In this document: one piece after another, positions 47,924 through 55,880 of the stretch
Numbering within the stretch: the stretch's first letter is position 1
Layout: each line of letters starts with the position of its first letter
Origin: a virus
Lineage: Duplodnaviria; Caudoviricetes
IMG/VR virus record: IMGVR_UViG_3300035182_000298
Location: 1 to 55,880 of that record
DNA: 55,880 nucleotides
Reading direction: 5' to 3' (one strand)
Translations under genes and position numbers: made by a program
Notes under the pieces: generated by a model
Told to the model about the DNA's origin: nothing
Database searches by the model: none
Seen by the model: only the letters and a program-made list of their open reading frames with translations

Positions 47924-49006
47924 ATGCCAGGACCCGTTACATTCACTATAAACTACAGCTGTAGCCCAAATGCGATATTAGGCATACTAGAGTATAGACA
48001 CTTGCAACCTGATAACACATGGAGCCCATGGGTCCAGAACCAAATACTTGGAACATTTGCAATTGACACATCTTTGGGATTAAGTCAAACCTTAACAAAT
48101 GTCAATGGCAATAATGCTGAATATAATCTAAATACTACGTATGAGTTTAAAATACAGCAGTTTTGTGATAATGGCACCATAGTTTATTCTAATGTAAGTT
48201 CAGAGGTTTATTCTCAGGGTTGTATACCATACGTAGCTATAGTAAGTACGCAAGGATATGTTGATAGCAGTTATGCTATTGACGTCTATTTTACAAATCC
48301 ATCTGCGCCAAATGCTCTGATAGATCCATTTGCTACAAGCATTATTAGTTACTCATTTACTGTATTTGAAATTACTAACTCAAATAGGACAGACATTGGA
48401 ACAGTGGTTGTTCAATATACAGACATTACAAATGGAGTACCAGATTATAGTCTAACTATAACATCTGCTGATTTGACTACTGCTCTGTTATCTGATGGTA
48501 AGTATGAAATGGAACTAACAATAACATTTTTGACATCGACGGGTAATATTCAAGTTAATTGTGCTTTAGAAGAAATGTTAATTCTTCCATCGTGCAATAC
48601 ATATAAGATATGGAACAAGGAGTGGTGGACACTCAGTTATACAGATTGTAATGGTAATGTTATAAAAATTGCTAATGATAGACCACAACCTGTAGGTGGA
48701 AATATTTTAGAACCACCACCTTTGAATAACTTCTTTATTATTTGTTCTCAAACTGTTCCAAATGGAGGTGCATGTTTAAGTGCAGGTGGTGGTGCTGGTA
48801 CTATATTTTCACCACCTGCATCACTGGTAAGTGGCGTCCAACAAAATATTACAAATCCTGTTGCTCCTGGAACATGGCCTGTGGCAACTTTATTGTGGGG
48901 TGCAGTAGTAGAAAGAGATCCTAATGTTTTGGGATGTGACTCTACATGGAATGGTAAAAGTGGACTTACTAATCAGAATGTATCTATTCTAGTTCCGCAA
49001 TGTTAA
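47924..49006 (+). CDS. putative virion protein with an FN3-like domain
   Basis: LEYRH...WSPW...NTTYEFKIQQFC. Confidence 0.6.
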   Translation: MPGPVTFTINYSCSPNAILGILEYRHLQPDNTWSPWVQNQILGTFAIDTSLGLSQTLTNVNGNNAEYNLNTTYEFKIQQFCDNGTIVYSNVSSEVYSQGCIPYVAIVSTQGYVDSSYAIDVYFTNPSAPNALIDPFATSIISYSFTVFEITNSNRTDIGTVVVQYTDITNGVPDYSLTITSADLTTALLSDGKYEMELTITFLTSTGNIQVNCALEEMLILPSCNTYKIWNKEWWTLSYTDCNGNVIKIANDRPQPVGGNILEPPPLNNFFIICSQTVPNGGACLSAGGGAGTIFSPPASLVSGVQQNITNPVAPGTWPVATLLWGAVVERDPNVLGCDSTWNGKSGLTNQNVSILVPQC

Positions 49007-49009
49007 AAT

Positions 49010-49070
49010 TCAGGTTGGTTGGTATACCTGACGTAGGTGATGTTCCCCAGGGTAATACCTGGGGACTCAC
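49010..49070 (+). ncRNA. two-hairpin intergenic structure (candidate sRNA or 3' element)
   Basis: TCAGGT-TGGTTGGTAT-ACCTGA followed by GTGA...TCCCCAGG-GTAATA-CCTGGGGA-CTCAC; no U-tract. Confidence 0.5.
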
Positions 49071-49124
49071 TATAAACTTCAAAAGTTTAATTTTTATTAC
49101 TACTTAAAATTTATTATCTTAGAT

Positions 49125-49706
49125 ATGAGAGATGTTATTAAACTCAACAGAAAAGGACCAAGGCATCATCCTAAGCGTCATAATATGGTATCACTGGAAA
49201 ATCTAAAAGTGATAGCTGAAGATCCTGATTGCTTAGTTAAAGATATTAAGGTAATTAAACAGATTATCATGGCATCGCACAATGTTATTAAAAATGCTAT
49301 TGTATACACGCGTGATGGCATAGAACTTCCAGAGCAGTTAGGATATATGTTCCTAGGCACATGTCAACCTAAAATACGTAAGAATGTGGATTTTAGAACA
49401 ACAGACCATTATCTAAAAGTCATACAGCATCGTAATTGGGAAAGCGATAGTTACTTAGCTAAAATCTTCTATACCAACTATGAAACAAAATACAAATTTA
49501 AGTATAATGATTTGTGGGGGTTTAAAGCTGCGCGGGAATTTACTAAACTAGTTGGATGTGAGTATCCACAGAACTGGAAGATGTATATTCAAGTAGATCA
49601 TACATTAAAGATAGCCAGATTATATAGGTCTTACGTGCAACAGGTTAATAGAAAAGGTGTAGATGATCTTTTATCTGATCAATATAATCCATTAGAAATT
49701 GAATAA
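49125..49706 (+). CDS. divergent IHF/HU-like protein of the tail module
   Basis: IKQIIMASHNVIKNAIVYTRDGIELPEQLGYMFL...WGFKAAREF; position before the tail ring genes. Confidence 0.6.
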   Translation: MRDVIKLNRKGPRHHPKRHNMVSLENLKVIAEDPDCLVKDIKVIKQIIMASHNVIKNAIVYTRDGIELPEQLGYMFLGTCQPKIRKNVDFRTTDHYLKVIQHRNWESDSYLAKIFYTNYETKYKFKYNDLWGFKAAREFTKLVGCEYPQNWKMYIQVDHTLKIARLYRSYVQQVNRKGVDDLLSDQYNPLEIE

Positions 49707-50247
49707 CATGTTCAGAGCAATGTTAAATTTCATAAAGAATATTATTAAAAGTATTATAGATATAAAAGAAGCAACTGAAGATATATCATCAGTAGTTCGT
49801 GTATCAAATCAAGCTGCTCAAATGATTAAAAACTTTGAGGGCTATAGTGAAAAGGCATATGCTGATAGTGCAGGTGTGTGGACTATAGGATATGGTAATA
49901 CATATTATGCAGATGGTACACCTGTAAAAAAAAATGATACTATAAGTAAGACTGACGCTGAGAAACTATTTGATCAAGTACTTCATTTATTTGCAGATGA
50001 TGTAGATCAGATGTTGAATGTGAAATTGAACAATTGTCAGTTTGGAGCTATTGTATCTTTGAGTTATAACATCGGTATTAAAGCATTTAAGAAAAGTACA
50101 CTATTAAGAAAGATTAATGTTGATCCTAATGACCCAACTATTGCTAATGAATTTGGACGTTGGATAAAAGCAGGGGGTAAAACACTAAATGGATTAGTAA
50201 TACGCAGAAAGAAGGAAGCGGAATATTACGTCAGTAAAAATTGCTAA
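49699..50247 (+). CDS. lysozyme/endolysin (GH24)
   Basis: IKNFEG...AYADSAGVWTIGYGNT (E-D-T triad), SLSYNIG, STLLRKIN and GLVIRRKKEA. Confidence 0.92.
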   Translation: MNNMFRAMLNFIKNIIKSIIDIKEATEDISSVVRVSNQAAQMIKNFEGYSEKAYADSAGVWTIGYGNTYYADGTPVKKNDTISKTDAEKLFDQVLHLFADDVDQMLNVKLNNCQFGAIVSLSYNIGIKAFKKSTLLRKINVDPNDPTIANEFGRWIKAGGKTLNGLVIRRKKEAEYYVSKNC

Positions 50248-50258
50248 ATTAAATATCG

Positions 50259-50933
50259 ATGGTAGCTACAGTATCAGAAGCAATAAGCAGAGTAAGGAAT
50301 CAGATCAAGTCTGTTAACATTGATGCGTTTGTTACAGATCGTTATATCTTTTCCCTTATTCTCAAACATATATCTTGGTTGATAAAGCGGGAGGATGATA
50401 AGGGTATACTTAGAAAGTACAACACAATATTCCACACCTTGGATTACTTTCCTATGATTGATGTGGACAAGGCAGATGTTGGATGTTTTTGCATTACATC
50501 TGGTTGCACAATTAAAAGAAGTAAATACAAGATACCACCTACGTACGATGGATCATATGGTCCAATAATAAGATCTATAACAAGTATTGATGGTACATCG
50601 CCACTAACCTTAACTTATCCATCTACTTATCAATCAATGATAAGACAAAAAACTTATAAATATAACACCACCTTTTACTACTACATTGTAAATGATTACA
50701 TCTATGCTCCTAATATATCTTGGCCTGCTATACGAGTCGAGGGTTTATTTAGATCAGGAATTGGTAATTACAACTGTGATATAGAACACGATTGTATCTA
50801 CATACAAGATGAGCCATTCTCAGTACCTATGTATTTGTGGGCTGAGATGGAACAAAATGTGATGAAGGACTTGACAATGAGTATCCAGATACCCAGTGAC
50901 ACACAATCAGATTTCTTAAGTAATACGCAATGA
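50259..50933 (+). CDS. putative tail ring/tubular protein
   Basis: 224 aa; YYYIVNDYIY and VEGLF motifs; position in the crAss-like tail module. Confidence 0.6.
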   Translation: MVATVSEAISRVRNQIKSVNIDAFVTDRYIFSLILKHISWLIKREDDKGILRKYNTIFHTLDYFPMIDVDKADVGCFCITSGCTIKRSKYKIPPTYDGSYGPIIRSITSIDGTSPLTLTYPSTYQSMIRQKTYKYNTTFYYYIVNDYIYAPNISWPAIRVEGLFRSGIGNYNCDIEHDCIYIQDEPFSVPMYLWAEMEQNVMKDLTMSIQIPSDTQSDFLSNTQ

Positions 50934-52030
50934 AGACAGAACTCCAATATAGAACCTTTGATGATTTGATGTATTCTGTACGGAGTGATCTGTATACATT
51001 AGATCAAGACAACTTCATCAATCCACAGGAACTGATTAAGATTGCCATCAAGATTAACTATGAGCTTGGTCTAAAGATTAATCCATCTCGGGGTAAGCTT
51101 ATTGATGTATCTAAGGGTCTAGGTAAGCTACCTGCTGATTTTTATGTAATGAACTTTGCTATGTTGTGCGGTGTAGGTACAGATACTTATACTACATGTA
51201 AGTCATCTGAGTTCAATACTATGTATGACCAAATGGTTAAACTAGCAGGGATTGTAAACGCGCGACCTATCATACAGGTGGCTGACTTACTTGTAGATTG
51301 GAATGTAGTGACGCATAATCTTGGGTCTACAGATATTGTAGTTAAAGTCCAAGACTCTACTAAGGAATACATCAACTTTGAGTATGTAATAATCAATGAG
51401 AACCAAGTCAAAATCAAAGTCTACCAGTACTACCCTGCTGCAAGAATTACATTTATTGCTGCAGCAAATGTTGTAGCAAACTGTTCTATTGTTACAGATA
51501 ATTGTCCTGATGGCTGCAAGATTATTGAAAATAAACCAGGATTAATAAGGGAGTTTCCTCGTCCAGTACCTATTGAGATATTACCTTACAACTACGGTGA
51601 GCCTGATTGTAATCTTAGTAACGTAGGTTCATACAACTATAGACTAAAAATCAAAGACAAGTTTATTCATACGATCAACTTTACTGAGGGTAGAGTATAT
51701 ATAAACTATGAATCAGTGATGGAGGATGATGATGGCAACTTGCTTGTTTTGGATCACCCTACTGTAAATGAGTACTACGAGTATGCTCTTAAAGAACGTA
51801 TCTTAGAGAACTTGTTCTTAAATGGTGAAAATGTATCTCAGAAGCTTCAGTTAGTTCAGGCTAAGATTAGACCATCAAGAAATAATGCACTAAGCTTTAT
51901 TAATACTCCAGACTTTGGAGAGATGAGACGTGTGTGGGAAAAGAATAGAAAAGCGATGTATGCCAAGTATTATAACATGTTTAGTAGTAACGTTTGGGGT
52001 GCTAACTTCAAAACGGTGAGAGGACATTAA
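50930..52030 (+). CDS. putative tail tubular/ring protein (P22 gp4-like)
   Basis: GKLPADFY, NFTEGRVYINY and EYYEYALK motifs; immediately before the stabilisation gene. Confidence 0.65.
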   Translation: MKTELQYRTFDDLMYSVRSDLYTLDQDNFINPQELIKIAIKINYELGLKINPSRGKLIDVSKGLGKLPADFYVMNFAMLCGVGTDTYTTCKSSEFNTMYDQMVKLAGIVNARPIIQVADLLVDWNVVTHNLGSTDIVVKVQDSTKEYINFEYVIINENQVKIKVYQYYPAARITFIAAANVVANCSIVTDNCPDGCKIIENKPGLIREFPRPVPIEILPYNYGEPDCNLSNVGSYNYRLKIKDKFIHTINFTEGRVYINYESVMEDDDGNLLVLDHPTVNEYYEYALKERILENLFLNGENVSQKLQLVQAKIRPSRNNALSFINTPDFGEMRRVWEKNRKAMYAKYYNMFSSNVWGANFKTVRGH

Positions 52031-52043
52031 TAGCAATACTAAA

Positions 52044-55000
52044 ATGGCAGAAGAACAAAAAGATCAGTCATCCAATAATCTTAATAGCACAAAAAGTAAT
52101 AGCTATAATAAGGGTCTCATTAAAGATTACAATGATTCATTTGTTCCTGAAGGAGTATGGATCAATGCAATCAATGCTGTTACTACATCACACAAGGGTG
52201 ACGTTGGAGTTATTGGCAACGAGCCTTCTAATTTATATTGTTTTATAGCACCATACACAGTAATAAGTATTGTACGCAGGGATACAGATACTTGGGTGAT
52301 TTTTTCTACTAATGATGTACAGTCAGAAATTGGAATTTTTAAAGAATCAACTTGTACTTATACCAAGAATGTATCTGACAAATGTCTTGGTTTTAAACGC
52401 AGTAATCTAATAACAGGTTATATACAGTATAACTTTGACTGCACATATTCTGTATTTTTTGCAGATGGTCTTAATCCAGATAGGATGTTGAATTTAGATA
52501 ATATTCCTTATGAGATTACGGGATATGATTTGACTAAACCAGATTGTCCTATTCCTATATATTCAAACTGTTTAGACTGTGAGAAAGTAAGGTTGAACTA
52601 TCTTATAGATCCGCCTTGTTATAATGCAACTAAAGCTAAGGGAGCAGGTTCATTATTGAATGGATCATATCAAGCAACAATTGCTTACACTATCAATTCA
52701 CAACGTGTTACAAGTTATTTTACTCCAAGTAATATTATTGGACTTTGGGATCACAATGGTGTTGGTGGAGGTCTTGAAATTACATTTACAAGTATTGATA
52801 AAAGATTTGAAGAATACGAGCTGATTATAATTAGCACAGTTAATTCTCAAACTACTGCAAGAAAGCTTGGTAATTATAGCACCAATCAAAATACAGTTTT
52901 TGTAGATGCATATAATGAGTCACTCCCATCAGTAGATCTTTCATTAATCCCATTAGTTACACCTATATATGAGAAGTGTGATAAGATGTTTTCTCTTAAT
53001 GGTTATCTGCTGCGCTCAGGCATGTATTCCAAATATGATTTTAATTATCAACCGCTTGCTAATCAAATAGTAAGTTATTGGCAAGAGGTGCAATATTCTG
53101 CTGACTATTATTATAAAGGTGGTACTAATACATCGTACCTACGAGATGAACAGTATCCTTTTTTTATACGTTGGTTATATAATGATGGAGATAAGTCTGC
53201 TAGTTACCACATACCAGGTAAAGTAGGTGTGCCATCAGACTTTCAGACTAGAACAGGACCTGATGTTTTATTTGGTGATAATCTACAATGGCAAGTTTAT
53301 AATACAGCAACCATAACTAATGCTAATGTAAATACTCTACTTTCTGATGGAGGTCGTGTACTACGTGAAGGTTTAATGGGATATTGGGAATCAAGCGAAA
53401 GATACCCTATTAATAGACCTGAAGTGTGGGGTGATCTATGTGGTGTACCTATCAGACATCACAAGTTTCCAGATAATGGTACTACACACATTCACAATCA
53501 AGGTGGGGATAAGATCAACATCCTAGGTGTCAGGTTTGATAATATACAACATCCACAAGATGCAAATGGTAATTTAATTACCAACATCATAGGCTACGAA
53601 ATACTTAGAGGATCTAGGGAGGGCAATAGAACAATCATAGCCAAAGGGTTACTCAATAACATGAGAACTTACAAAAATCCCGATGGTAAAGAAGTATTAT
53701 ATCAAAACTACCCTTATAATTGTCTTCAATCAGATAAGTTTTTAATAACGCAACTTGCTAATACAGGCGAAGCTCCTAATGATGATGGGGCTCCACTTAC
53801 AGGTTATAAAAAAGATTACTATTCATTTCATAGCCCAGAAACAAACTTTAATAGTCCATTTCTTAATATAAATGAAGTACGACTGTATACTAAGCAGTAT
53901 GGCACAACAAATGGTAAGTTTGACTATGTATATGCACATCCAAAACAAAAACTCATTACTAATACATCTTACTTAATAGGATTGTTCCTTGGTTTGGGTA
54001 TAGCTATGAAGGCTGCTTTTGGTACTAAGAATATAGAAAAAACTGCTGATGATACTACTGCAATTGTTCAAGCAGGACAAATAGCACTATCGTTTGGTCT
54101 TCTTGGAGTAAATGGTTTTGCAAGTTCAGCTTTATATTCAAGAGTAGGAACTGCTCCAACTGGAATATCAGCAGGAAGCGTAGGTGGTTTTTTTGGTGGT
54201 CCGACTAGTGGTTCTTTTCTTGGAAATTCTGCTTCCCTTCAATTCCCTACAGTTACAGAAACTGGTGGTGATTTATCTGGATTAGATTTTAGATATTTCT
54301 TTCCAGCTTATATGACAGGAGCAGGAAGGATAGCTGCTGATGTTGTTAAATATGGACTATGGCTGACTACTATGAATTATTGGGCAGGTTTAGGATTGGA
54401 TTCTGTTTTAAATATTATCTATCAATTAATCCCTTTTACTAAATACGCTCTTCAGTTTAACTCTCATGGTTTTTACAATAACTATAAACCTATTGGTCTG
54501 CAGTATCAAAATACAATAGGTCAAGTAAGAAGAGAGCATGATTTAAGTTTATATGTCAAGAATCAACTGCAAACATTCGACGCTAGTTTTAATATCAATA
54601 ATCTATATAGGAATAATTATGTAGGGGTAAAGATTAAAGGTGAGTTTGCAGATGTATCAAGTGGAGAACCTACATTAGTTGATAACTCACTAAAAAGAGT
54701 GCGGGATACAAATGCTGTAAGTTTTAGTAATCCTGTTGTTGGTACTGTTACCGCTACTACATCTGCATATTACGCAGGGTTAAAAGTAGATTATGTAAAC
54801 CAGTATGGACAACTTGAAGGTATAGTTCAAATACCTATTCAAACATGTTATGCACCAACATCTAGTAAACTAGAAGATAAAATATATTCATCATCTGTGT
54901 TATTTGGAGGAGATGTTTACATTAACAGATATACAGAAAAAAACCCTTTCTTTTATTTTGTAGAATGGTTGTATAATTTTCCTGATGGTACTGCATTTGA

Positions 55001-55880
55001 CTATTCACAATATGTCAATCAATTTTACCCACGCTACTGGGCAAACTTTGAAAAGTTTGATAAATCTGATATTAAATCTCCTGTTGGCTTTGGAGTAATC
55101 AAATCATTTCTTGGTGGTAACCTTGAAGATGGATTACTAAGTTGGACAAAAGCTGCTAGTGCATATCACCATTTAGATCGTAAGGTAAGTAGTACAAATA
55201 GCTTTATTGTAACTAGTGCTTGGTTCTATCTTTTTAACAATGGAATCAGAGACTTCTTTGTAGAAAGTGAGGTTAACCTAGCATTTAGAGACTATGGTGA
55301 ATTAATTAGTGAAAGACATTACGATAAATATAGCTACACTGATTATAATGCCATCTTTAGATCTGATATCATAAAAAGTGGTAACTATTACAAGTACGAT
55401 TATTCCTTATCAGTAAGTAAACTTATAAATCAATATACAAGTTTTGGTGCCATCTTACCTAGATCATATGATCCTGAAGTTGCAGAAAGCTGTTATACAT
55501 ATTTACCATCTACATCTTTTTATAGTCTACCTCAACAATCAGAGCAAAAACGTGATGCGTGGCGTATATATTTAACAAATAACTATAAAGACTTTGAATT
55601 TAGAATAACCAGCATCAAACCTATAAACAGAACAGGTGCTATTATATTATTCCAAGATGCTGAACCAACTAGTATAACAGGTGTAGATCAGTTAGAAACA
55701 GGGTTAGGTACTAAAATTACAATAGGTGATGGTGGATTATTTGCTCAACCTTTTCAATCTTTGGTTAATGCAGACGATGAGTTTGAGTATGGTTCATGTC
55801 AAGATACCAGGGCGGTAGTCAATACCCCATATGGTATGTTCTACATGAGTAGAGCAAATGCTAAAATTATGCAATACTCA
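52044..55880 (+). CDS. tail stabilisation/muzzle protein, partial (runs off window end)
   Basis: Not in the ORF track. ATG at 52044, MAEEQKDQ...NKGLIKD...WINAINA...GNEPSN; later SYLRDEQYPF, PIRHHKFPD and LFGGDVYINRY in the same frame. Confidence 0.8.
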   Translation, partial: MAEEQKDQSSNNLNSTKSNSYNKGLIKDYNDSFVPEGVWINAINAVTTSHKGDVGVIGNEPSNLYCFIAPYTVISIVRRDTDTWVIFSTNDVQSEIGIFKESTCTYTKNVSDKCLGFKRSNLITGYIQYNFDCTYSVFFADGLNPDRMLNLDNIPYEITGYDLTKPDCPIPIYSNCLDCEKVRLNYLIDPPCYNATKAKGAGSLLNGSYQATIAYTINSQRVTSYFTPSNIIGLWDHNGVGGGLEITFTSIDKRFEEYELIIISTVNSQTTARKLGNYSTNQNTVFVDAYNESLPSVDLSLIPLVTPIYEKCDKMFSLNGYLLRSGMYSKYDFNYQPLANQIVSYWQEVQYSADYYYKGGTNTSYLRDEQYPFFIRWLYNDGDKSASYHIPGKVGVPSDFQTRTGPDVLFGDNLQWQVYNTATITNANVNTLLSDGGRVLREGLMGYWESSERYPINRPEVWGDLCGVPIRHHKFPDNGTTHIHNQGGDKINILGVRFDNIQHPQDANGNLITNIIGYEILRGSREGNRTIIAKGLLNNMRTYKNPDGKEVLYQNYPYNCLQSDKFLITQLANTGEAPNDDGAPLTGYKKDYYSFHSPETNFNSPFLNINEVRLYTKQYGTTNGKFDYVYAHPKQKLITNTSYLIGLFLGLGIAMKAAFGTKNIEKTADDTTAIVQAGQIALSFGLLGVNGFASSALYSRVGTAPTGISAGSVGGFFGGPTSGSFLGNSASLQFPTVTETGGDLSGLDFRYFFPAYMTGAGRIAADVVKYGLWLTTMNYWAGLGLDSVLNIIYQLIPFTKYALQFNSHGFYNNYKPIGLQYQNTIGQVRREHDLSLYVKNQLQTFDASFNINNLYRNNYVGVKIKGEFADVSSGEPTLVDNSLKRVRDTNAVSFSNPVVGTVTATTSAYYAGLKVDYVNQYGQLEGIVQIPIQTCYAPTSSKLEDKIYSSSVLFGGDVYINRYTEKNPFFYFVEWLYNFPDGTAFDYSQYVNQFYPRYWANFEKFDKSDIKSPVGFGVIKSFLGGNLEDGLLSWTKAASAYHHLDRKVSSTNSFIVTSAWFYLFNNGIRDFFVESEVNLAFRDYGELISERHYDKYSYTDYNAIFRSDIIKSGNYYKYDYSLSVSKLINQYTSFGAILPRSYDPEVAESCYTYLPSTSFYSLPQQSEQKRDAWRIYLTNNYKDFEFRITSIKPINRTGAIILFQDAEPTSITGVDQLETGLGTKITIGDGGLFAQPFQSLVNADDEFEYGSCQDTRAVVNTPYGMFYMSRANAKIMQYS

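Noticed and set aside
38785-49006. Diversity-generating retroelement acting on fibre genes
   Set aside because: No reverse transcriptase and no template/variable repeat pair differing at adenines was seen in this window.
1216-52889. Numerous short antisense or nested ORFs in the track
   Set aside because: They overlap longer, motif-bearing genes, mostly on the opposite strand, and show no recognisable features.
1-55880. Stop-codon reassignment (TAG or TGA), known in some Crassvirales
   Set aside because: Long genes are intact in the standard code, TAG and TGA end genes at sensible positions, and no suppressor tRNA was seen.

Overview
This 55.9 kb AT-rich window is part of a crAss-like phage genome (order Crassvirales, probably infecting a Bacteroidota host) that uses the standard genetic code. 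Bases 1-13.5 kb are a leftward early region of small hypothetical genes plus a MoxR-type AAA+ ATPase and VWA protein pair. The ATPase gene is split by an ORF-less group I intron (3757-4097). From 13.8 kb to the end is the rightward virion module: HU/IHF-like proteins, a PD-(D/E)xK nuclease, a GroES-like protein, terminase, a GIY-YIG/NUMOD3 homing endonuclease that duplicates the portal start, portal, probable scaffold, major capsid protein, decoration and ring proteins, ferritin, Cys-rich fibre proteins, a lysozyme and a partial tail stabilisation/muzzle gene. The strongest signals are non-coding. A twister ribozyme sits in the early leader (12000-12140). Two identically spaced bipartite motifs with a template-strand C-GAA-G DNA hairpin (13307-13342, 13533-13568) are candidate virion-RNAP promoters. 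There is also an aberrant tRNA-like RNA (8878-8973), a parS-like site, and an AACCAAC leader motif in late genes with a complementary hairpin loop at 49010-49031. All calls come from reading motifs and gene order; no database searches were run.
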